NCBI GenBank assembly: GCA_017961685.1
Contig: JAGCWW010000050.1
Location: 290 to 64,289 of the forward strand
Direction: 5' to 3'
DNA length: 64,000 nt
Source: Acholeplasmatales bacterium
Lineage (GTDB): Bacteria > Bacillota_I > Bacilli_A > Acholeplasmatales > JAEDCM01
Position numbers and translations under genes: made by a program. Below, in pieces: positions 55,229 to 64,000 of this stretch (position 1 is the first letter of the stretch; the number at the start of each line of letters is the position of its first letter). The notes under the pieces are model-generated. The model did not search any database and was not told the DNA's origin. It saw nothing but the letters and a program-made list of their open reading frames with translations.

Positions 55229-56875
55229 ATGAATTATTTAGAAAAATATGATTTATGGATTAAACAAAAAGATTTAGATCCAAGAATTGAAGAAGAATTA
55301 CTTAAAATGACAGATCAAGAAAAGAAGGAAGCATTCACTAACGATATGGAATTCGGTACAGGTGGTATGCGTGGTATTCTTGGTGCTGGAACAAATAGAT
55401 TAAACATCTATATCATTAGAAAGGCAAGCTATGGATTTGGTATGTGGTTAAAGAGCCAATCAGATAATCCAAGTGCTGTAATTGCTTATGATAATAGACA
55501 TTATTCAACAGAATTCGCTAAGGAAACAGCAAAAGTATTCGCATCTATGGGAATTAGAGCTTATGTTTGTAAGGAACTTAGACCTACACCTTACTTATCA
55601 TTTGCTGTTAGAGAATTACATGCTACAGGTGGTGTAATGATTACAGCTAGCCACAACACTAAAGAATATAACGGATATAAAATTTATGACTGCGAAGGTT
55701 GTCAATTAGTTCCAAGACTTGCTGATCAAGTTATTGAAAATATTAACTCAGTAGAAGATATTTTCTCAATTGAAACAGAAAAGAATCCTACATTAATTAA
55801 TGAAGTAGCTGAAGATGTAGATACTAAATACATCGAAATGGTTAAAGAAATTTCTTTAAGAAATGATGATAAGAATATTAAAGTAGTATATACTCCACTA
55901 CATGGTACAGGAAGCGTATTTGCTCCAAAAATCTTAAGACAATTAGGTTATGATGTTGTATGCGTTGAAGATCAAATGATTCATGACCCTGATTTTAGTA
56001 GTGTAAGTAGTGCAAACCCAGAAAATAAACAAGCATTTGATAAAGCAATCGCTTTAGGTAAAGAAGCAAAAGCTGATATTCTACTTGCTAATGACCCAGA
56101 TGCAGATAGACTTGGTATTGCTCCACTACATAACGGTGAATATGTATTATTAACTGGTAACCAAACAGCAGCAATTGTACTTAAATATTTACTAGAAAAT
56201 ACAAAACAAATTCCAGAAAATTCATATCTATTTACAACAATCGTTTCATCTAATCTACCAAGCAAGATGGCAGAAAAGAATGGCTTAAAAGTAAAAGAAG
56301 TTTTAACTGGATTTAAGTTCATTGGTGAACAAGCAAAATTAATTGAAAAAACAGGTAACTATTTCTTTGGATTTGAAGAATCTTATGGATGCTTAGTAAG
56401 TGATAAGGTTAGAGATAAGGATGCTATGCAAGCAAGCTTAATCGCATGTGAAGCATGTAACTATTATAAGGCTCAAGGAAAGACTTTAGTTGATGTTTTA
56501 AACTCTATTTATGAAGAATATGGATATTACATTGAAGGAATAGAAAACATCGTATTAAAGGGATTAGATGGAGCTTCTAAGATCCAACAAATCATGGATT
56601 ATTTTAGAAATAATGATGTTAATGTTAAAGGCATTAAGATTAAAGAAGATTATAAATTACAAAAGGTTTATGGTATGAATAAAACAATTGATCTACCTAA
56701 ATCAAATGTTATTAAATATATCCTAGATGATGAATCATGGTTTATCTTAAGACCAAGTGGAACTGAACCAAAATTAAAGGTTTATTTCGGTGTTAAAGCT
56801 CAAACTATGAATCTAGCAACAACAAGGTTAGAACAAATCAAGAAAGAAGTATTGGAGATTATTAATAAAATCTAA
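55229..56875 (+). CDS. Phosphoglucomutase / phosphomannomutase family (PgcA-like)
   Basis: Active-site loop TASHNTKEYNGYK, with metal loop DPDADR and GEESYG-like FEESYG. Confidence 0.85.
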   Translation: MNYLEKYDLWIKQKDLDPRIEEELLKMTDQEKKEAFTNDMEFGTGGMRGILGAGTNRLNIYIIRKASYGFGMWLKSQSDNPSAVIAYDNRHYSTEFAKETAKVFASMGIRAYVCKELRPTPYLSFAVRELHATGGVMITASHNTKEYNGYKIYDCEGCQLVPRLADQVIENINSVEDIFSIETEKNPTLINEVAEDVDTKYIEMVKEISLRNDDKNIKVVYTPLHGTGSVFAPKILRQLGYDVVCVEDQMIHDPDFSSVSSANPENKQAFDKAIALGKEAKADILLANDPDADRLGIAPLHNGEYVLLTGNQTAAIVLKYLLENTKQIPENSYLFTTIVSSNLPSKMAEKNGLKVKEVLTGFKFIGEQAKLIEKTGNYFFGFEESYGCLVSDKVRDKDAMQASLIACEACNYYKAQGKTLVDVLNSIYEEYGYYIEGIENIVLKGLDGASKIQQIMDYFRNNDVNVKGIKIKEDYKLQKVYGMNKTIDLPKSNVIKYILDDESWFILRPSGTEPKLKVYFGVKAQTMNLATTRLEQIKKEVLEIINKI

Positions 56876-58119
56876 TGAAAGAATACTTCATTAATAGAAG
56901 AGAAAAGTTTATCGCAACACTACCTAACGGATGTGTTGCCTTACTTTTTTCTGGTGTCAAAAAAAATATGAGTAATGATTTAGACTATCCTTTTGTTGTT
57001 GATAAAAATTTTTACTATTTAACAGGTTTAGAAGAAGACAAATTAATCTATATGCTTATAAAGGGCAATGATTTCTATAAAGAATTTTTATTTACAGAAG
57101 AACGTAGTAAAGAAAAAGAATTATGGATAGGGCCACGTATGAAGCGTCACGATATCCTTGAAATTTCAGGATTAGAAAATGTTTATTCTTTAAACGATTT
57201 TGATAGAGTTTTAGGTAGTTATTTAAAAAGTGATACACAGGGAGTTTTTGATGCGATATATTTAAATTTACCTAAAACAGTTGATCCTTTTAACAAAAAA
57301 GTTGATGAATATTATGCTAATAAATTAAAAGAAGAATATCCTAATATCTATTTTAGAAGTCTATACAATAATGTTTGTAATCTAAGATTAATTAAAGACA
57401 AATTAGAAATAGAAAACATTTGTAAAGCAATATCTATTACAAAACAAGGTATTTGTGAAATGATGAAGAATGCCAAGAATTGTAATTATGAATATGAAGT
57501 TGAATCGTTTTATGTATGGACTTTAAAACAACATAATACAATTGAATCATTTAAAACAATTTGTGCTTCAGGAGTAAATGCGACAATCCTACACTATGAA
57601 GATAATAATAGTGCCTTCTTAGATGATACACTTATTTTATGTGATTTAGGTTCACTTAAAAACAATTATGCATCTGATATATCTAGAACATTCCCTAAGT
57701 ACGGAAAGTTTACTGATATGCAAAAAAAGATATATCAAATTGTCTTAAATTGTAATAAAGAAATGATAAAAAAACTAAAAGATGGTTATTCAAGAAGAGA
57801 ATATGAAGAAGAAGCCGCAAATCTTTTAGCTAAGGGATTAATTGAACTTGGTATTATAAAAGAATTTGATGAAGTTTTTAAATATTATTATCATTCTGTA
57901 GGTCATATGTTAGGACTTGATGTACATGATGTTGGTAAGTTTGATGAATTTAAAGCAGGTATGGTTGTAACATGTGAACCAGGCTTATATATACCTGAGC
58001 TTAATATCGGTATCCGTATTGAAGATGACATTTTAATCACAAAAGACGGCTCAATTAACTTATCAAAAGATATTATTAAAGAAATTGATGAGATTGAAGA
58101 ATTCATGACAAATTGTTAA
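56875..58119 (+). CDS. M24 family Xaa-Pro aminopeptidase
   Basis: Motifs HSVGHMLGLDVHD, EPG and IRIEDDILIT. The start overlaps the upstream stop (TAATG). Confidence 0.8.
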   Translation: MKEYFINRREKFIATLPNGCVALLFSGVKKNMSNDLDYPFVVDKNFYYLTGLEEDKLIYMLIKGNDFYKEFLFTEERSKEKELWIGPRMKRHDILEISGLENVYSLNDFDRVLGSYLKSDTQGVFDAIYLNLPKTVDPFNKKVDEYYANKLKEEYPNIYFRSLYNNVCNLRLIKDKLEIENICKAISITKQGICEMMKNAKNCNYEYEVESFYVWTLKQHNTIESFKTICASGVNATILHYEDNNSAFLDDTLILCDLGSLKNNYASDISRTFPKYGKFTDMQKKIYQIVLNCNKEMIKKLKDGYSRREYEEEAANLLAKGLIELGIIKEFDEVFKYYYHSVGHMLGLDVHDVGKFDEFKAGMVVTCEPGLYIPELNIGIRIEDDILITKDGSINLSKDIIKEIDEIEEFMTNC

Positions 58120-58232
58120 CGGACAATAAATAAATATTTATAAAGTAAATATAAAATCAATGAAAACGCTTTACCTTTTCTTATTTTAATGTTAAAATAA
58201 CATAAATATAGGATAAAAAGGGGGCGTTTTTT

Positions 58233-60707
58233 ATGGCTATAATTAGTAAATCATTTCAAGCAATTATTGTTTTTAACGCAACTGAATCAAATAAAGCTAT
58301 CATTAAGAAAGCCTTAAGTGAAGATTACAAGCTTTTTTTCGTAAATACTGTTGCTGATGCAATGAGGACTTTCTTAAAATATGGTAAGAAGGTTTTAGAG
58401 TTTGTTGTTGATACAACAGGCAATTCTGAATTATCAATCTCCTTTGTCAGAGAATGGGAAAATGATTTGGCAATTCAAATCGTCCCATTAGTTGCTATAT
58501 TAGATTTGGAAAAAAGAGAAATTGAACGACTTTTAATTAACCACAGTGTAAGTAGTTTAATGTATTTACCTATTGATGAAAAGAAAATAAGTCAACACGT
58601 TAAAACTACCGCAAGACGTTATCAATTAAATCAAACTAGAATTAATGAACTTTATGATTCAGTATTAAAAAACGCCAGAGAAAAAGTATTTATCGTTTCC
58701 GAAGCAGTTGATGCTGGTATTCTTTTCCTTAAAATAGAAGATGAAGTTGCATATGTTGATTATACAAATAAAAAGCTAAAAGAAATTTGTAGCTTTAAAG
58801 ATTTTGATGGTCTACTAGATTTTTTAGGACTAGAAGGCGGATCAAAATTCATGACTATGCTTAATAAGTCTAGAATTAATTATGAAGCAAATGCAGCTTT
58901 AATAAAAACAAATATCCATGATGAAGATAGAACTTTTGAAGTTATTATTAGACAAATACCTAATATCGATAGACAAACTTATGATGGCTATGTTTATAAA
59001 TTTATAGTTACATTTGTTGAAAGAACAATAAGAGAAAATTTAAAACAAAAATATCAAAGAAACCATGAATTAATGAGTTCGATTTTGGAAAACATTAATG
59101 GTGGTGTAATATTGTTTACTTCTCAAGATCATAAAATAACTGTTGATTTTGTAAGTGATGGTATTTATAAATATACTGGTTTTCCACATGATGCTGATTT
59201 AATATTAGCTAGAATGATACCAGCATCTACTTACAGACAAGCAAAACAAGAGTTCTATGATAGATATGATTCTATTCTTGCGGGACAAGAAGAGACAGTT
59301 GTAATTCATAGTAAAATCATATGCTTCGAACATGTTAGTAAACATGCTCAAATAACTATTGCTTTTTCTAAAATAGGACCAAATACAATTAGCTGTAAAT
59401 GCTTAATCTTAGATGATACAGAAACCTATGATTATGCATATAAGTTAAAAAAATTATCTGAATTTGATCCTGAAACAAATCTATTTAATTATAATAAATT
59501 TGTTAACGCCTCTACAAAACTATATCGTTCTAACGATGAATTAGAATATCGCTTACTAGTATTTAGAATATATAAATATGATGAATTAGTAAGTTTCTTC
59601 GGAAGAGAAAAAGTATTAGAATTGTTAAGAGTCATTACTGATGGAGTATTAAAGTTTACAAACAAGACTTTAAAGGGAAGAGTAGATCCTAAAACATTTG
59701 CCCTATCTTATATTAAAGGTAAGTTTGATGAAAAGAAGTTTATTGAAGAATTAGATAATTATGTTAAAGAAAACTATAAGATTTATCAAGTTAAATTATA
59801 TTATGGTATTTACACTTTATCTGATGTTTATGAAACTGTAAACTCATTACTTGTACAAACTAAATACGCAATTAAAGAAATTGAAGGAAGTGCACTAAAG
59901 AATAGCGTTTATTGTGATCACAGATTAAAGAGTAGAATGATCGAAACTGATAATATCACAAATGAAATGAAGCAAGCATTAGCTAATAATGAATTTGAAA
60001 TATTCCTTCAACCAGTATATGATTTAAAAACAAGACAAATTGTAAGTGCTGAAGCTTTAACTAGATGGCACCATCCAAAGCGTGGGTATATTTCTCCTGC
60101 TGAATATGTTCCTATTTTTGAGGAAAATGGTTTTATTGTAAATGTCGATAATTATGTATGGGAATCTGTATGTAAGATTATTAGATGTTGGCTAGATAAT
60201 GGTGTTAGGGCTGTTCCTATCAGCGTTAACGTATCTAGAATAGACTTATTCTCAATTGATTTCTATGAAGTAATTACAGGGCTAGTTGAAAAATACAATA
60301 TTCCTATTGAATTCTTAAGAATAGAAATTACTGAAAGTGCATTCGTTTTAAATGAAAAGACCGTTATTGAAATAGTTGATAAATTAAGAAACTATGGATT
60401 CAAGATTTTAATGGATGACTTTGGTAGTGGATATTCATCACTAAACTCACTAAAGTTTATCAATGTCGACTTCTTAAAGATCGATATGGACTTAGTAAAA
60501 GGTATGGAAGAATCTATTAAACAAGCCAATATCCTTAAGTCAGTTATTAACTTAGGAACTACACTAAATCTAGAAATGATTTGTGAAGGAGTTGAAACAG
60601 AAAAACAAGCTGACTTTGTTAATGACTGTGGATGCGCTAAAGCACAAGGTTGGTTATTCTCTAAGGCAATACCTGTAGATGAATTCAACAAAAAATTGAA
60701 GAATTAA
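58233..60707 (+). CDS. EAL-domain c-di-GMP phosphodiesterase with N-terminal receiver-like and PAS-like regions and a degenerate GGDEF domain
   Basis: EAL domain motifs EALTRW, NVS, EITES, DDFGSGYSSL and QGWLFSKA. The upstream GGDEF-like region has GRVDPKTFAL where GGDEF/GGEEF is expected. Confidence 0.8.
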   Translation: MAIISKSFQAIIVFNATESNKAIIKKALSEDYKLFFVNTVADAMRTFLKYGKKVLEFVVDTTGNSELSISFVREWENDLAIQIVPLVAILDLEKREIERLLINHSVSSLMYLPIDEKKISQHVKTTARRYQLNQTRINELYDSVLKNAREKVFIVSEAVDAGILFLKIEDEVAYVDYTNKKLKEICSFKDFDGLLDFLGLEGGSKFMTMLNKSRINYEANAALIKTNIHDEDRTFEVIIRQIPNIDRQTYDGYVYKFIVTFVERTIRENLKQKYQRNHELMSSILENINGGVILFTSQDHKITVDFVSDGIYKYTGFPHDADLILARMIPASTYRQAKQEFYDRYDSILAGQEETVVIHSKIICFEHVSKHAQITIAFSKIGPNTISCKCLILDDTETYDYAYKLKKLSEFDPETNLFNYNKFVNASTKLYRSNDELEYRLLVFRIYKYDELVSFFGREKVLELLRVITDGVLKFTNKTLKGRVDPKTFALSYIKGKFDEKKFIEELDNYVKENYKIYQVKLYYGIYTLSDVYETVNSLLVQTKYAIKEIEGSALKNSVYCDHRLKSRMIETDNITNEMKQALANNEFEIFLQPVYDLKTRQIVSAEALTRWHHPKRGYISPAEYVPIFEENGFIVNVDNYVWESVCKIIRCWLDNGVRAVPISVNVSRIDLFSIDFYEVITGLVEKYNIPIEFLRIEITESAFVLNEKTVIEIVDKLRNYGFKILMDDFGSGYSSLNSLKFINVDFLKIDMDLVKGMEESIKQANILKSVINLGTTLNLEMICEGVETEKQADFVNDCGCAKAQGWLFSKAIPVDEFNKKLKN

Positions 60708-60818
60708 TAAAAAGAAGTGGAAGAATTATCTTCCTCTTTTTTTTGAAAAAAATATTATTTTTTAAACCTTAGGAAAATTTAATAAATTCATCCGTATTAT
60801 ATTATAGAGGTGAATAAT

Positions 60819-61460
60819 ATGAGAAAAATAATATTTTTATTAATTGTCGTAATGATGATATCTATATCTACATCATTTACAACGGCAAAAGCAAGTGGTG
60901 GAGACTATATGTCTTATACCGATTTATATTTTGAAGATTACCATAATAAATTATTATATCAATATAGTGATGAAGAATTAGATCAGTATGATGATAAAAT
61001 AAGTGGTAAAAAATTTATGGGTTGGAATGCTTATTATTTTATGAAGCATCAAAAGGTTTTTTATACAGAAGGAATTAAGTTTATGTATAAAAATACAGGA
61101 TCAACAGCCGCAACCTATAAGTTTGAATTTAAAGAAGAAAAAATAACAAAAAGAAGCTTTAGTGTTACAGGTAGCCTAGATGTAAGTGTTAAAGGTGAAA
61201 TTAAAAAACTTAAAGCAGGACTTGATACTAAACTTAAAATTGATTATTCAGAGACTTCAACTAAAACAACACGTACAACTTGGTCAACAAATACTCAAGT
61301 AGATCCAGGTACAACCTTAAAGATTTCTATTAAAGGAGAAGGCTATGTAGATCAAGGTGTAGCAAGTAAATATTTCTTCTGGGTAAGAACAAAAAAGGGC
61401 GCATTTGAGATATTTAACATAGCTACTGAATATTATTGTATGGAGAAAGTGAAGGTCTAA
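60819..61460 (+). CDS. Secreted beta-rich protein of unknown function (possible aerolysin/ETX-MTX2-like fold)
   Basis: Signal peptide ending TTAKA|SGG. Alternating-polarity strands and a Ser/Thr-rich stretch, KIDYSETSTKTTRTTWSTNTQV. The start is ATG at 60819, after AGAGGTGA. Confidence 0.45.
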   Translation: MRKIIFLLIVVMMISISTSFTTAKASGGDYMSYTDLYFEDYHNKLLYQYSDEELDQYDDKISGKKFMGWNAYYFMKHQKVFYTEGIKFMYKNTGSTAATYKFEFKEEKITKRSFSVTGSLDVSVKGEIKKLKAGLDTKLKIDYSETSTKTTRTTWSTNTQVDPGTTLKISIKGEGYVDQGVASKYFFWVRTKKGAFEIFNIATEYYCMEKVKV

Positions 61461-61461
61461 A

Positions 61462-62331
61462 ATGATGAAAAAAGCGATTATTACAATACTTATAACTACA
61501 ACACTTACTTTAATTTTTTCTTTAGTTTTAAATGGCTGTAAATTAAAGAAAAAAGATGGTGCCTTATCCCTTAGAATGATTAATAATTACTGTTTAAATG
61601 ATTCTGATAGAAGAATTAATCAAGTCTTATATTTTACTAGAGATAATATATATAATAACTTTGATATAGTTAGTTCAATTTATTTAATTGATGAAGAAAT
61701 AGATGGTACAATAAAATTAAAAATAAATAATATTAGAAAAACAGGATATGCGCATAAATATAATGGTACTAAATATTATTCATATATTTATGATTTATCT
61801 ATTCCAAGCGTTACACATGAACTTATTTTTAATGACGCGAAATTATTAATAAATTCTGAAGATAATTCAATTAAAATACCTATTGGAGTAGTATCTATTA
61901 AATATGATGAAAATTATCATGATAGAAAAATAAGCGCAAACTCCCTATCAGGATTATGTGCATATAATCCATATCAAAGCTTAAAAAGTATTAATATAAA
62001 GCTACAAAATAAAGAAAATAGTAATATTAATATATTAAGTATGAATATGGGTAAATATGTAGATCTAGTAAAAGAAGAATGTAATGATTTAATATTTAAT
62101 AATACTAATACTAATATAAATGAATCTATTATAGGATATATGGAAAAAGAATTTGATTTATCCTTATCTTATAAAGCAAGATATATTTTAAAAGAAAGCT
62201 ATATAGAAATAATTTATGAATGCCAAGGCTTAACAAAAAAAGAAATAGTTGATACTTATAACTTCTATGATAATGGCTATAAACTTCCAGAAGAAGATGA
62301 TTTAATTTATAAAATAGATTTTCAAGTTTAA
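61462..62331 (+). CDS. Lipoprotein of unknown function
   Basis: Signal peptide plus lipobox VLNGC|K. It starts 1 nt after the upstream stop. Confidence 0.6.
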   Translation: MMKKAIITILITTTLTLIFSLVLNGCKLKKKDGALSLRMINNYCLNDSDRRINQVLYFTRDNIYNNFDIVSSIYLIDEEIDGTIKLKINNIRKTGYAHKYNGTKYYSYIYDLSIPSVTHELIFNDAKLLINSEDNSIKIPIGVVSIKYDENYHDRKISANSLSGLCAYNPYQSLKSINIKLQNKENSNINILSMNMGKYVDLVKEECNDLIFNNTNTNINESIIGYMEKEFDLSLSYKARYILKESYIEIIYECQGLTKKEIVDTYNFYDNGYKLPEEDDLIYKIDFQV

Positions 62332-62340
62332 GGAGTTTAT

Positions 62341-62928
62341 ATGATTAAATTTATAGATGTTAGTTTTTCTTACGGGAAAAAATTAGTTTTAGATAATATA
62401 AATCTAACAATAAATAGAGGAGATTTCATCCTCTTTTTAGGCCAAAATGGAAGTGGTAAAAGTACAACAGTAAAATTGATTTTAAATTATTTAAAAGGTG
62501 AAAAAGGTTTGATTGAAAGAAAATATAATGATTATTGTTATATGCCAGAAAAAACAATTTTACCTGATTATATATCAATAGGTGAGTTTTTATATGATTT
62601 ATCATATATATCTAAAAACTGTAATTATGAGAAATATTTAGAGATTTTTAATATGGAGAAAAGCGCTCTAATAGGCAGTTTATCAAAAGGAAATAAGCAA
62701 AAGGTTGCTTTAATTCAATTGTTAATGGAAGATAAGGATTTGTATGTATTAGATGAACCAACAAATGGACTTGATCAAGAATCAATTAATATATTAATTA
62801 AGTTATTAAAAGAGAAGAATAAGCAAGGTAAAACAGTTATTGTTGTAACTCATTATAGAAAGCTATTTCAAAGATGGAAAATAAAAAAATATGAATTTAT
62901 AGAAGGTAAAATAAATGAAATTTCTTAA
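62341..62928 (+). CDS. ABC transporter ATP-binding protein (short, 195 aa)
   Basis: Walker A GQNGSGKST. Signature variant LSKGNKQK. Walker B LYVLDEPTNGLD. H-loop VTH. Confidence 0.85.
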   Translation: MIKFIDVSFSYGKKLVLDNINLTINRGDFILFLGQNGSGKSTTVKLILNYLKGEKGLIERKYNDYCYMPEKTILPDYISIGEFLYDLSYISKNCNYEKYLEIFNMEKSALIGSLSKGNKQKVALIQLLMEDKDLYVLDEPTNGLDQESINILIKLLKEKNKQGKTVIVVTHYRKLFQRWKIKKYEFIEGKINEIS

Positions 62929-63640
62929 GCTTATAGGTATAAATATCAAATTTATTTTAAGCAAGCAATCTATCTTTTTCTTATCTATTAGTTTTCTAAT
63001 ACTTTGCGTGTCTTTCTTGTTTAATACAAACTTTTTATCTAATACATCATCTAAAATATTATTTGAAAAAGAATATTATAGTTCATATATTTCTAGTTCT
63101 TATAATGTGTTAATAGCCATCTTTGGACTATTAAGTGTTTTCTTATCAATTATGTTTTCTAATTCATATGACCTATACCTTATATCGAGAAGAAGAAGAA
63201 GTGAGGTAATAACATCAAAGCTCGTTTCAGGACTTTTAATAGAACTATTTTATATCTATATATCTTTTGCATTATTTAACTTTATACCAGTTATATTTTT
63301 AAGGTATTATAAGTTTAAAATCTCTTTTGTAAGCGATTTTTTACTTATTTATCTAAATGGTATATTCTTATTACTTTTAAGCTTATTACTAATAGAATTA
63401 TTTAAAAATGTCTTATCATGCTTTATCGTTTTAGTATTATTCTGGGCAATGAAGATTTTTACCAATTCAAGTATAAAGAAGAATAGTTTAATTTATGTAA
63501 TTAATCATTTCTTTCCTACCTTAATTGTTGATGATGTTAAAACCAAGCTTTATTATCCTAACAATTTTATTGTCATACCTCTTGCAATATTGCTTGGTTT
63601 TTTCATAACCATTTACTACTCAAGAAAGAATATCAAATGA
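62915..63640 (+). CDS. Polytopic membrane protein, probable ABC-2-type permease partner
   Basis: About 6 TM segments. It overlaps the ATPase gene by 14 nt. Confidence 0.55.
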   Translation: MKFLKLIGINIKFILSKQSIFFLSISFLILCVSFLFNTNFLSNTSSKILFEKEYYSSYISSSYNVLIAIFGLLSVFLSIMFSNSYDLYLISRRRRSEVITSKLVSGLLIELFYIYISFALFNFIPVIFLRYYKFKISFVSDFLLIYLNGIFLLLLSLLLIELFKNVLSCFIVLVLFWAMKIFTNSSIKKNSLIYVINHFFPTLIVDDVKTKLYYPNNFIVIPLAILLGFFITIYYSRKNIK

Positions 63641-63705
63641 ATATTTTTCAAGCGGACTTTAGGGTTCGCTTTTTCTTTGAAAATTTTTACATTTTTAGGA
63701 AATTA

Positions 63706-63743
63706 ATTATAAAATTATAAATTAATTTAAAATTTTATAATTA
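63706..63743. repeat. 38-bp AT-only near-perfect palindrome
   Basis: AATTATAAAATT-N14-AATTTTATAATT, with a largely self-complementary centre (36 of 38 positions symmetric). It sits just upstream of TTGAAA-17-TGCTATAAT (63750-63778). Confidence 0.5.
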
Positions 63744-63829
63744 AACTATTGAAAATAATGTTTTCATATGCTATAATGAAGATAGAATTGGTATCAAACT
63801 AATTCAATTCTAGAAGAAGGGAGAATAAA

Positions 63830-64000
63830 ATGGACGAATTAAAAATAGTTAAAGCTATGCAAGAAGATCTTGATAGTGTTTGTAAGGTTATCAATGATAT
63901 AGTTTTAGAACTCTTCCCTCACTACTTTGGTTTAGGTGAAAGAATATCAATTCATCAAACAGAAGAAAGATTAAAAGAAGAAATAAAAGATGGTTACATT
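63830..64000 (+). CDS. Hypothetical protein, 5' part (possibly GNAT-like), runs off the window
   Basis: ATG 7 nt after GAAGGGAG. The frame is open to the window end. The family call is weak. Confidence 0.35.
   Translation, partial: MDELKIVKAMQEDLDSVCKVINDIVLELFPHYFGLGERISIHQTEERLKEEIKDGYI

Noticed and set aside
1-64000. Possibility that this is a Mycoplasma/Spiroplasma-type genome using genetic code 4 (TGA = Trp)
   Set aside because: Long genes such as feoB, the aconitase gene and rnj are intact under the standard code. Several genes end in TGA (for example feoA), and Trp codons seen are TGG.

Overview
Low-GC (roughly 30%) bacterial chromosome segment using the standard genetic code: TGA terminates genes and Trp is encoded by TGG. 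It looks like a Bacillota or wall-less-relative (Erysipelotrichia / Acholeplasma-like) gut-type genome. All calls come from reading motifs by eye; no homology search was run.

Most of the window is housekeeping: a 3' EF-G-family fragment, tRNA-Arg(TCT), aconitase plus citrate synthase, DegV, a PPi-type phosphofructokinase, feoAB, ispG, rpmG (missing from the ORF track), RNase J, an OmpR/HK two-component pair, an ECF S-component plus coaX, nadABC, phosphoglucomutase, an M24 peptidase and an EAL phosphodiesterase.

About 21% of the window (13.7 kb) encodes five large surface lipoproteins. Four carry Listeria-Bacteroides (InlB B-type) repeats. Two are tandem paralogues with BspA-type LRR C-termini, and one of those has an (AT)8 tract filling its promoter spacer.

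Most interesting non-standard signals:
1. 29.7-30.1 kb: a compact locus between a Y-family polymerase/YolD pair and a COG0523 pair. It has a 22-aa hydrophobic peptide ORF, a 14-codon leader ORF overlapping its SD, a 10-nt long-range complementarity and two tandem 145-nt-spaced repeat units with terminator hairpins. This is type I toxin-antitoxin-like.
2. A 2-kb islet bounded by tRNA-Arg and a decayed copy of its 3' half. It carries only an AAA+ / PD-(D/E)xK fusion ATPase, plus phased short repeats.
3. A His-rich COG0523 GTPase paired with a degenerate paralogue bearing a CC-motif C-terminal domain.
4. An orphan strong terminator preceded by two C-rich anti-SD-like motifs, a candidate sRNA.
5. 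A four-gene cassette: secreted beta-rich protein, lipoprotein, and an ABC ATPase plus permease.

No CRISPR array, transposase or integrase was seen.
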